Source: Chloroflexota bacterium
GTDB taxonomy: Bacteria; Chloroflexota; Dormibacteria; Dormibacterales; Dormibacteraceae
Length of the DNA: 64,000 nucleotides
Reading direction: 5' to 3'
Assembly (NCBI GenBank): GCA_043740835.1
Contig: JAYUBK010000015.1
Location: 44,679 to 108,678, forward strand
The notes below the pieces were generated by a model, which saw only the letters and a list, made by a program, of their open reading frames with translations, searched no databases and was not told the DNA's origin. The position numbers and the translations under genes are program-made. Positions 47,416-55,670 of this stretch are shown piece by piece. Numbering within the stretch: the first letter of the stretch is position 1; every line of letters begins with the position of its first letter.

Positions 47416-48263
47416 AGCCGGGCGGCCTCCATGGCGAGGGCGCCGAGAGCGGTCGTCGCGGGATTGGCGTTCCAGTCGCCCGCGCCGCCCTGGGCGGAAA
47501 GGAGGCGCGCGGCCGGCGCCGAGACGTCGACGCTCCATGCGGACAGCGCGAGCACGCTCCAGGCCAGGGACAGAGCGCCGGGGAGCGGTTCGATGCTGCG
47601 GCGCAGGTAGTCGATACCGGCCGGGATCTTCGGGTCCGTGAACTTCGGATCGCCGGCGAAAAGAGCCATCAGGACGAGGGAGGTCTCGGGGATGCTCGCC
47701 GCGACCTCATTGGCGATCATCGTCGTGTTGCCGTAGTTCCAGCCTCCGCCCGTGCAGGCGCGATCGAGGAGCATCGCGCGGCCCTCGGCGAGCGCACCTC
47801 GGTCGGCGGCACCGGCTGCCCGGATGCCAAGGAGCGCGAGGGCGGTCGGCTCGATCCACCCGAAGGTGGCCGGCGTCCACGCCCAACCGACGAGAGTTCC
47901 GTCGAGCCGGCTGATCGAGGGCGGAACCTTGACCGACACCGAGCGATGGCCGAGGAGCCACGCCGCTCCCCTGGCGACACCGTCGGTCACGCCGCTGGCG
48001 GCCAGTGCCCAAACGGCCCATGCAGTCGTCCATCCGCTCTCGCGGTCGGCGTGGCTGACCCCCCACCCCCCATCACGATGCTGCCCTGCGAGCAGCCAGC
48101 GCACCGCGGCGTCGACGTTCGCTGCCTCGCCGGCCATGCTCAGGAGGCCGAGAGCGGTGGCTTCCGTGAACGCCTGCCCGCCGGCGCGAAATCCCCAACC
48201 GCCCTTTGAATCCTGCGTGTTGCGGAGGTACCCGATGGCTGCGTCATGGCTCGTCATTCCCAT
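47412..48263 (-). CDS. prenyltransferase/squalene-oxidase repeat protein (alpha-alpha toroid)
   Basis: Repeated ..L...Q...GGWG.. units (YLRNTQDSKGGWGF, LLAGQHRDGGWGV, ..CTGGGWNY.., ..SAQGGAGDWN..). No signal peptide. Confidence 0.75.
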   Translation of the reverse strand: MGMTSHDAAIGYLRNTQDSKGGWGFRAGGQAFTEATALGLLSMAGEAANVDAAVRWLLAGQHRDGGWGVSHADRESGWTTAWAVWALAASGVTDGVARGAAWLLGHRSVSVKVPPSISRLDGTLVGWAWTPATFGWIEPTALALLGIRAAGAADRGALAEGRAMLLDRACTGGGWNYGNTTMIANEVAASIPETSLVLMALFAGDPKFTDPKIPAGIDYLRRSIEPLPGALSLAWSVLALSAWSVDVSAPAARLLSAQGGAGDWNANPATTALGALAMEAARL

Positions 48264-48313
48264 GTGAACTCTAGATAACCAGCCCCGACACTTCCCGGCT
48301 CAGCAGGCAAGGA

Positions 48314-48344
48314 TAAAAAAAGAGCCCCCACGGTGGGGGCTCTT
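48314..48344 (-). terminator. intrinsic terminator of flp-2
   Basis: Minus strand reads AAGAGCCCCCA-CCG-TGGGGGCTCTT followed by TTTTTTT, about 30 nt after the flp-2 stop. Confidence 0.8.
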
Positions 48345-48373
48345 GACGGAAATCTCAGAAGAAAAGAAACGGC

Positions 48374-48556
48374 TTAGGTGTTAAGCGCTGATACGACGTT
48401 GGAGAAGACGTTCTTGATCTGGCCGCCCATCGTAAGAAGGATAACGATGACCACGATCGAAACGAGAACCAGGATAAGGGCGTACTCGACCATGCCCTGA
48501 CCCTCCTGGCGGGTCGTAAGACCCCGGAGCTTCCAAATGAGTTTGTCCACTTTCAT
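48374..48556 (-). CDS. flp: Flp family type IVb pilin, second copy (60 aa prepilin)
   Basis: MKVDKLIWKLRGLTTRQEG-QGMVEYAL... The last 45 residues are identical to flp-1 despite many synonymous nucleotide differences. GAGGAGGTGA SD upstream. Confidence 0.9.
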   Translation of the reverse strand: MKVDKLIWKLRGLTTRQEGQGMVEYALILVLVSIVVIVILLTMGGQIKNVFSNVVSALNT

Positions 48557-48618
48557 TCACCTCCTCTTTTTACGGACTTCATATATAAGAACGCCGCTTC
48601 GGCCTTCTTTGGTCGGTC

Positions 48619-48647
48619 ATCCTAGCGATCCGCTCAAACCTTGGCAA
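48619..48647 (-). promoter_or_regulatory. sigma-70-like promoter candidate for flp-2
   Basis: Minus strand reads TTGCCA - 17 nt - TAGGAT, about 60 nt upstream of the flp-2 start. Confidence 0.4.
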
Positions 48648-48705
48648 CTGCATCTCGAAGATGGTTGACAGAGGCTCCCCGGGATTCAGCAGGATTGGGG
48701 AAAAC

Positions 48706-51700
48706 TCAGGCGATCGGGAAATCGGCGACGACCTCGGTTCCGCCTCCCGCGTGGCTCTTGACCTCGACCGTCCCGCCGAGCGCGCCGGCACGCTCCCGCA
48801 TCCCGACGATGCCCAGCTTCTGAGAGCTGTCCATTTCGTAGGCCAGGGTGTCGAAGCCAACCCCGTCGTCCCGGATGCGCACTGCCACCTTCCCCGGCTG
48901 CAACGTGAGCCCGACATCGGCAGTCTTGGCACCGGCATGGCGTTGGACGTTGGTCAAGGCCTCCTGGATGATCTTGAAAAGGGCTTCCTCATGTCCCGGC
49001 CCCAGCCTGCGCTCCTGACCATGGACCTTAAAGCGGCAGGCGATGCCGGTCCGGTCGTGGTACTCGTTCGCGTAGCGCCGCATGGTGGCGATGAGTCCGA
49101 GTTCGTCGAGTGAGTCAGGCCGGAGGTCGAACATGAACTTGCGCATGTCGGTCATGGCGTTACGGACGAGGCCCTTGAATTCGTCCAGTTCCTCTTGCAG
49201 CAACTCGGGCTTCTTGCGCGCCGTCCGCTCCAGGATCTCGGCTTTCAGGACGAGGTCGGCGAGGACCTGCGAAGGACCGTCGTGGAGGTCTCGCGCGATG
49301 CGCAGCCGCTCGCTCTCGATCGCTTCATAGACTTGCAGGGCCGTGGCGGGTGGCGGCGGGAGCTGGACGATCTTGATCTGCTGGGTGTCGCTGGTCGCGT
49401 TCTGGGCCGCGGCAAGGGCGGCGACGGCCGCGTCGCGATCGACCTGAGCCTCGGCCAGGAGAGCAGCGGCGGACTCCTGGGCAGCGGCCTTCGCCTCCGC
49501 AGCCTGCGCCAACTCCGACTGGGCGGACGCGATGAACGCATCCGCGGCGATACGTGCCTCGGCGACGGCCGCGGCCGTCTGCTCCCGTTCCTGTTCGGCC
49601 GCCGCACGGAGGGCGGCCGCGGCTTCGCCTGCTTCGGCCTTCGCGGCGACAGCCTCGTCACGCTCGGCCTGGGCGGAGGCCTTCAAAGCCGCTGCGGCTT
49701 CGTTTGCATCGGCTACGACGGCCGCGGCCTCGTCACGCTCGGCCTGGGCGGCGGCGCGGAGCGCTTCCGCGGCCAGCGCCGCCTCGGCGGCGGCCGCAGC
49801 AGTCTGCTCTCGCTCGGCCTCGGCACTTGCCAGCAGCGAGTCCGCCGCCTCCCGCGCCTGCAAGGCGGCGGCAACAGCTTGCTCACGCTCGTCCTGGGCG
49901 GCGGCGCGCAGCGCCTCGGCAGCTTGGCGAGCCTCCGCCGTGACAGTCGCGGCCTGGTCGCGCTCGGCCTCGGCGGCGGCCCGGAGAGCCTCGGCGGCGG
50001 CCTGGGCCGCCTCGGCGGCCAGGCGCGCGGCCGCACTGACGGTTGCGGCCTCGTCGCGCTCGGCCTGAGCGGCGGCACGTAGTACCTCGGACGCCTCGTG
50101 TGCCTCGGCGACGGACGCCGCGGCCGCCGCGGTCACTTTCTCCGCCTCCGCATGCGCCAAGGCGCGCTGGCCGGCGGCGGCCTCTTCGGCTGCGGCAAGC
50201 AAGGCCGCTCCGCGCTCGGAGGCCGTTTCCAACTCGCCCTGCGCGGCGACGCGCAGGGCGACGGCCCCCCTCTCTGCCTCGGCCAGCGCTGCCACAGCCT
50301 GGTCTCTTGCAGCCTGGGCGGCCGCGCGGAGCCCGGCGGCGGCCTCGTTTGCCTCGGCGGCCGCCTCGTTTGCCTCTGCGGCAGCGGCGGCAGCCCGGTC
50401 ACGCTCCTCCTGGGCCGCAGCCCGCAATGCTTCCGCGGCCTGGCGAGCCTCCGCCGTGGCGGTTGCGGCCTGGTCGCGCTCGGCCTGGGCGGCGGCTCGC
50501 AACGCCTCGGCAGCCCGGTGGGCTTCGGCGGTGGCTACCGCGGCCCGCTCGGTGACCTCTCCCACCTCCGCTTCCGCGGCGGCGCGGTATCCGGCCGCGG
50601 TTTCTTCGGCCGCGGCCAGTGAAGCCGCCCCGCGTTCGGCGGCCGTGTCCCACTCGGCCTGGGCGGCGGCACGCAGCAGGGCGGCCACCTGCTCCCCCTC
50701 CGCCAGCGCTGCGGCGGCCTGGTCTCGGTCGGCGTGAGCGGCGGCGCGGAGTGCGGCAGCGGCCTCATTTGCCTCGGCGGCCGCGGCGGCGGCCTGGTCG
50801 CGCTCGTCCTGAGCGGCGGCGCGCAGCGCTTCAGCAGCCTGGCGAGCCTCCGCTGCAGCAGTTGCAGCCTGGTCGCGCTCGGCGTTAGAGGCGGCACGCA
50901 GCTCCTCCGCAACCTCGTGGGCTTCGGCAAGAGCCGCTTCAGCCCGCGCGACCAGGTCGTCCGCCTCCGCTTCTGCAGCGGCGCGGTGGCGGGCGGCAGC
51001 CTCTTCGGCCGCAGCAAGAGAGGCAGCCGCCAGCTCGGCGGCCTTGTCCAACTCGGCCTGGGCGGACGCGAGCAGGATGGCGGCCGCCTGCTCCGCCTCG
51101 GCAATCTCCGCGACGGCCTTTTCCCTATCAGCGTGGGCGCTTGTGCGGAGCCGGGCGGCGGCCTCTCCCGCCTCGACGGCAGCGACGGCAGCCTGCTCAC
51201 GCTCTTCCTGGGCAGCAATCCGAAGCGCCTCGGCAGCTGCGTTGGCCTCGGCGGCGGCGGCGGCGGCCTGGTCAAGCTCGTCCTGGGCCGCAGCCCGCAG
51301 CGCCTCGGCAGCCTCGACAGCCTCGGTTGCCTCGGCGGCTGCGGCGGCGGCCTGGTCAAGCTCTTCCTGGGCCGCGGCGCGGAGCGCGGCCGCGGCTGCA
51401 GTAGCCTCGCCGGCGGCAGCCGCCGCCTGGTCGCGCTCGGAGTGCGCAGATGCGATCAGGGCGGCGGCGGACGCCTCCGCGGCGGCCAGGGCCGCCTTAG
51501 CCTGCTCACGATCATCAGTCGCCTGCTCACGCTCCTCCTCAGCCTGCTCACGCTCCGTCTCTGCCGCGGAGCGGAGTGCGGCGGCGGCGATGTTGGCCAC
51601 AGCGATGGCGGCGGCGGCCTTGTCGCGTTCGGTCTTGGCCTCGGCGAGCAGCTCGGTCGACGCCTCTTCGGCGGCGCTCATCGCGGCGCTGGCAAGGTCG

Positions 51701-52230
51701 CGTTCGGCCTGGGCCGCGGTGAGCAGTGCCGACGCGGCCTGCTGCGCCTGGGTCTGGGCCGCCTGCATCCTGTCACGCTGCGATTCGAGTTCGGCATAGA
51801 GCGCTTCGGCCGCCTCCACCGCCGCCGCGTTGACCTCCTGTTCCTGGAAGGCGGCGAGTACCGCCTTATGGAGGGTCTGAGAAAAGTGGAGACGGTCGCG
51901 AGTCTCGCGCAGCGCCACCTCGATTCCGTGCTTGATCTCTGCCCGCGCCTGCGCCTTGTTTACAGCGCTCTCTCGCTCATCGGGAGAAAAGCGCTCCGGC
52001 GTCCGGATCACATGGCGTTTGATGATCTCGACCTCGGCGAGGTCATCACCGGCGGCGCCGACCGCACGCTCAAGGTGGATCACCGAACTCTGGAGCCGGG
52101 CCACCTCGCCCTCGATCCAGGTAAGGATGCCCGTCTGGTCCTGCGGCGTCTTCTCCTCGGTCCTGCTCATTGTTTCCTTGAACGCTACTTGGAACGGTAC
52201 TTGGTTCCCTTTGTCACGGAACCGAGTCAC
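48706..52230 (-). CDS. soluble HisKA_3-type sensor histidine kinase with a giant Ala-rich tandem-repeat coiled-coil region (1174 aa)
   Basis: The C-terminal 225 aa hold ..ERLRIARDLHDGPSQ.. (HisKA_3 H-box) and the HATPase N/G boxes (..EALTNVQRHA.., ..DDGVGF.., ..GIVGMRERA..GG..). No TM segment. Alternative start at ATG 52170. Confidence 0.85.
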   Translation of the reverse strand: MTRFRDKGNQVPFQVAFKETMSRTEEKTPQDQTGILTWIEGEVARLQSSVIHLERAVGAAGDDLAEVEIIKRHVIRTPERFSPDERESAVNKAQARAEIKHGIEVALRETRDRLHFSQTLHKAVLAAFQEQEVNAAAVEAAEALYAELESQRDRMQAAQTQAQQAASALLTAAQAERDLASAAMSAAEEASTELLAEAKTERDKAAAAIAVANIAAAALRSAAETEREQAEEEREQATDDREQAKAALAAAEASAAALIASAHSERDQAAAAAGEATAAAAALRAAAQEELDQAAAAAAEATEAVEAAEALRAAAQDELDQAAAAAAEANAAAEALRIAAQEEREQAAVAAVEAGEAAARLRTSAHADREKAVAEIAEAEQAAAILLASAQAELDKAAELAAASLAAAEEAAARHRAAAEAEADDLVARAEAALAEAHEVAEELRAASNAERDQAATAAAEARQAAEALRAAAQDERDQAAAAAAEANEAAAALRAAAHADRDQAAAALAEGEQVAALLRAAAQAEWDTAAERGAASLAAAEETAAGYRAAAEAEVGEVTERAAVATAEAHRAAEALRAAAQAERDQAATATAEARQAAEALRAAAQEERDRAAAAAAEANEAAAEANEAAAGLRAAAQAARDQAVAALAEAERGAVALRVAAQGELETASERGAALLAAAEEAAAGQRALAHAEAEKVTAAAAASVAEAHEASEVLRAAAQAERDEAATVSAAARLAAEAAQAAAEALRAAAEAERDQAATVTAEARQAAEALRAAAQDEREQAVAAALQAREAADSLLASAEAEREQTAAAAAEAALAAEALRAAAQAERDEAAAVVADANEAAAALKASAQAERDEAVAAKAEAGEAAAALRAAAEQEREQTAAAVAEARIAADAFIASAQSELAQAAEAKAAAQESAAALLAEAQVDRDAAVAALAAAQNATSDTQQIKIVQLPPPPATALQVYEAIESERLRIARDLHDGPSQVLADLVLKAEILERTARKKPELLQEELDEFKGLVRNAMTDMRKFMFDLRPDSLDELGLIATMRRYANEYHDRTGIACRFKVHGQERRLGPGHEEALFKIIQEALTNVQRHAGAKTADVGLTLQPGKVAVRIRDDGVGFDTLAYEMDSSQKLGIVGMRERAGALGGTVEVKSHAGGGTEVVADFPIA
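49400..51830 (-). repeat. in-frame coding tandem repeats (about 25-residue units nested in about 135-140-residue super-repeats)
   Basis: Units resemble AEALRAAAQAERDQAA.A.AEA..A, roughly 30 times. At least three super-repeats end in ..AEAH.A.E.LRAA... The corresponding DNA shows recurring GCCTGGTCGCGCTCGGC strings. Confidence 0.85.
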
Positions 52231-52566
52231 ATCAAAAATGGAACCGCGGAGGGGGATGGTAGATTACGGCAACCCCATGCCCACCGCCATTGTCCCTTCC
52301 CCCAACGCCGGGGTCCCGGGAAGGGGTCGCGCGGACCGCCGAGAATTTCTGCTGAGCCGCGTCGTTCCGGCTCCGCTCGCGAGCTTATTCGTCGCCGACC
52401 AGCTTGCGCTGTTGGGCGATTCGGTGCCTGCGGTTGCTCGCGCAGGCGCCACTCCGACGGCCTGGCGGACCTCGCAGAGGTCGGTCTGGGAGGCGTCGGC
52501 CGTGCTCGCCGGTCGGGGGGGCACGCTGACCGTCGAATTGGGCCCTGAGTTGGCGGCCTACCGGAA

Positions 52567-54078
52567 ATGCGTCGCTCGTCCCGCTTTTCTGCGGCGGCGC
52601 ACCTGACCTCCCGCCTGGGACCGCGCACCCTGCTCTTTGGAGGGGTCTTCATCGTGATCCTGAGCGGCTTTATCAGCTCGGTCCAGGACCCCGACTTCTG
52701 GTGGCACATCCGAACCGGTCGGTGGATCCTCGACAACGGCCGGCTTCCCAGTCAGGACCTGTATACATTCACGGCCGTCGGGCATCCGTGGCTTGACCAC
52801 GAGTATCTCACCGAGATCGGGATGTGGCTCCTTTTCAAGAACGGCGGCTTCATCGCCATCAGCCTCATCTTCGGCGCGCTGACGTACGCCGCCTTCCTTC
52901 TCATCCACCGGGCCGCAGACGGCAGCCGCCGACCCTACGTGATCTCGGCCCTGGCGATCGCGCTCGCCGCCATCGCGGGGGCGCCGATCTGGGGCCCGCG
53001 GCCGCAGATGATCACGTTCTTCTTTGTCTGCCTGCAGCTGTATTGGCTGCGCCGCTACCTCGAGGGGAGGAGCCGGACGATCAACTACTTCCCCCTCGTG
53101 CTCGTGCTCTGGGCAAACCTGCACGGCGGCTTCGTCGTCGCCTTCGCCTTTTTCGGGATCGCCATCGCGGCCGAGGCCATCGGTTGGATCATCGATCGCC
53201 GGGACCCCTCCCATCGCGCGCGCCTCAAGACCCTTTTCCGGGTCACCATCGTGTCGCTGGCGGCCGTCCTGGCCACGCCGCACGGGCTCTCCGTCTACCT
53301 GAACCCTCTCGAGACCCTGACCAGTCCAGCCCAGCGCGCGAACATCGTCGAGTGGTTTTCACCCAACTTCCACGAGAGCTTCCTGTTGCCCTTCCTGGGC
53401 ATGGTCCTCCTCGTGATCATCCTCTTCGCGGTCCGGCGCCCGACTGTGTTTGACCTGCTGCTGACGCTGGCCACGCTCGCACTTTCGCTGGAGTCGGTGC
53501 GCCACATCGCCCTCTTCATCGCCGCGGTGACGCCGATCCTCATCGCGCAGCTGTCGGACACCTGGTTGGATGAGTCGGCGCGGCGCGGGCTCCACCTCCC
53601 ACGTGCCCTCCCTTCGCCTCTCTTTGCGACGATCACCGTCGTCGCGCTGCTGGTAATCGCGGGCGCCACGGGGGTTCGCATCGTCAACCAACTGGCGGAT
53701 CAGCAGAACCAGATTGCAAAGCAGTATCCCGTGGGCGCCGCCGACTATCTGGCCCGCCATCCGGAGATCGGGACCCGGATGTTCAACTCCTACGGCTGGG
53801 GCGGTTACCTGATCTACAGGTTTTACCCCGACCCCAACCGCCGCGTCTACGCCTTCGGAGAGGCGTCCGTTCTCGGCGACCGGGTGATCAACAATTACCA
53901 GGAGATCGCCGTCCTGCGCGGCAACTGGGCGACTCAGCTCCAGAAGGACAACGTCGACTACGTGGTCTTCAACACGGATGAGGCCCTCACAAACGTCCTC
54001 CTCTACCTGCCGGGCACCTGGGAGAAGGTGTATGAAGACCCCGAGGCAGTCATCTTCACGAGGAAAGGCCCGCCCTAG
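52567..54078 (+). CDS. large polytopic membrane protein, GT-C-like putative glycosyltransferase
   Basis: More than 10 predicted TM helices, then a soluble C-terminal domain. N-terminal ..DPDFWWHIRTGRWILDNGRLPSQDLYTF... Family not firmly recognised. Confidence 0.55.
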   Translation: MRRSSRFSAAAHLTSRLGPRTLLFGGVFIVILSGFISSVQDPDFWWHIRTGRWILDNGRLPSQDLYTFTAVGHPWLDHEYLTEIGMWLLFKNGGFIAISLIFGALTYAAFLLIHRAADGSRRPYVISALAIALAAIAGAPIWGPRPQMITFFFVCLQLYWLRRYLEGRSRTINYFPLVLVLWANLHGGFVVAFAFFGIAIAAEAIGWIIDRRDPSHRARLKTLFRVTIVSLAAVLATPHGLSVYLNPLETLTSPAQRANIVEWFSPNFHESFLLPFLGMVLLVIILFAVRRPTVFDLLLTLATLALSLESVRHIALFIAAVTPILIAQLSDTWLDESARRGLHLPRALPSPLFATITVVALLVIAGATGVRIVNQLADQQNQIAKQYPVGAADYLARHPEIGTRMFNSYGWGGYLIYRFYPDPNRRVYAFGEASVLGDRVINNYQEIAVLRGNWATQLQKDNVDYVVFNTDEALTNVLLYLPGTWEKVYEDPEAVIFTRKGPP

Positions 54079-55670
54079 TAAAGGACGAAGACGAACGTCC
54101 CCCTTGACGAAAACGCGGGAGTCCCCAGCGAGGCCGGCGGGCCGCCCGAGGTGTCTGCGGGCGACCACACGACATATCGGATCGAGTGGTCACGCGCCCA
54201 GCCGGCGATGTCGCCCTGGCCACTCATCAGACCATTGACCTCAACGGTCTTCTGGTTCCAGTTGTAGGTCTCGCTGTACTGGCCCACGTAGACGGTGTCG
54301 GGCGTATAGGCGGGGATGAAGAGGCCCAGCCGAGAGGACGCGAGAACGATCCCGCCGGGGTGGCTTCCGAGCCACAGAATGGCGTTGTAGTCGGAAGTTG
54401 TCAGCGCATACTGCCCCTGGCCCGCCACCAGAAAGGGAGCGAGCAGGAGAAAACAGCTCCCGATCGTCGCAAACGACGCGTAGGCGAACGGGACCAGCCC
54501 CCTCGCCCGCTCTTTGAGCCGAGGCACGACAACCTCGTACATGCCGCGCGCGGCCATCACCACCAGGGGTAGGTAGACGCCGTCGAAAAAACGCCGGCGA
54601 AGGTTGCCGGCGGGGTTAGGGAGCCACAGGATCACGGCCAGCAGGACGAGCCACGCGAGCAGGAAGACGTCCTCGCGGGAGCGACGCCGGGCCAGCAATG
54701 GCACAGCAAGGGCCGCGAGGAGCAGTTGTGGGAGCAGCGCCATCGCCAGGCTTACGGCGTCGGGCGGCAGGTTGTTGCGCCACTGCGAGCTCCAGCGCGT
54801 GACCTCCGGGTTACCGAGGAACGCGAAATACGAATATGCGATGTAGGGAGCCGGGATGGCGAAGGCGACGAAGGCGGCGATCCAGCCGGCCCGATTGGCG
54901 GGCCGGCGGACAAGAACGGCGACGCCCACGGCTCCCGCGAGCAGGATCGGCATCTGGGGGTGGATCGCAGCCTCGCCAAGCCACGCGAGGCCCCCCAGCA
55001 GGCCAAGGCGGATGCCTCCGCGCGCGACCGCCCGCAGCGTCAGGACGGCACCCAGAGCCTGCAGAGCAGCCGCCCACACGAAGTGCGGAAGGGCGAGAAG
55101 CGAGTAGAACACGCTCAGCTCCGGCATCCGCCAGTCGAGGGTGTCCGTCTGGGCGCCGAAGACGACGGGTTTGCCCAGGGCCTGGAGCACGTAGCCGAGG
55201 CCCAGCCCGGTGGCCAGGAAGACGATCGCGAACTTGCGCGCGGTGGCTCCCTCGACGAAATGCTCGATGAAGATCCAGCTCGCGTAGAGGAGCAGGAACG
55301 CGCCCACCACGCCGGCGAGATGGAAGATCAGAAGCAGGGGCAGGTGGAGAAGTGCCGACAGGTGCCCGAGGGCGATCCACCAGAGGAAGAAGTAGACGGG
55401 AGGGCTCGGCTCCGTCGTGTAGCGATTGGTCCACACCCAGCTCCCCTCCCAGCCTTCGCGCATTTTCGCGAGGTAGGTGTTGGCGTCGTCGCCAAGGAAG
55501 AAGAACCCCATGAAAGTCTGCCCCGACGGCGCGGTGAGATGCGCATAGGCGTAAGGCAGAAGGGTCAGGACCGTGAGAACGGTCGCAAGCACAAAAACGA
55601 TCCGCGGCGCCCGCCAGCCTCCGCCTTCGCGGGGGATGGCGAGGACCGGCCTAGATACCTCGGCCGCCAC
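54075..55670 (-). CDS. large polytopic membrane protein, GT-C/ArnT-PMT-like putative glycosyltransferase
   Basis: More than 10 TM helices plus a C-terminal soluble domain. Immediately downstream of, and overlapping, the ppm1-like gene. Confidence 0.55.
   Translation of the reverse strand: MAAEVSRPVLAIPREGGGWRAPRIVFVLATVLTVLTLLPYAYAHLTAPSGQTFMGFFFLGDDANTYLAKMREGWEGSWVWTNRYTTEPSPPVYFFLWWIALGHLSALLHLPLLLIFHLAGVVGAFLLLYASWIFIEHFVEGATARKFAIVFLATGLGLGYVLQALGKPVVFGAQTDTLDWRMPELSVFYSLLALPHFVWAAALQALGAVLTLRAVARGGIRLGLLGGLAWLGEAAIHPQMPILLAGAVGVAVLVRRPANRAGWIAAFVAFAIPAPYIAYSYFAFLGNPEVTRWSSQWRNNLPPDAVSLAMALLPQLLLAALAVPLLARRRSREDVFLLAWLVLLAVILWLPNPAGNLRRRFFDGVYLPLVVMAARGMYEVVVPRLKERARGLVPFAYASFATIGSCFLLLAPFLVAGQGQYALTTSDYNAILWLGSHPGGIVLASSRLGLFIPAYTPDTVYVGQYSETYNWNQKTVEVNGLMSGQGDIAGWARDHSIRYVVWSPADTSGGPPASLGTPAFSSRGTFVFVLY

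Noticed and set aside
49400-51830. Tandem repeats as a possible CRISPR array or satellite
   Set aside because: The repeats are contiguous, with no unique spacers. They are in frame within a single long ORF, degenerate at the nucleotide level, and conserved at the protein level.
49195-52548. Several long plus-strand and alternative-frame ORFs (e.g. 50734..52548 at 604 aa, 49195..50082, 51044..51799, 50535..51359)
   Set aside because: All overlap the histidine-kinase repeat region. Their translations are Arg/Gly/Pro or Ala/Ser homopolymer-like and arise automatically from the GCN-rich repeats. Only the minus-strand frame ends in a bona fide kinase domain.
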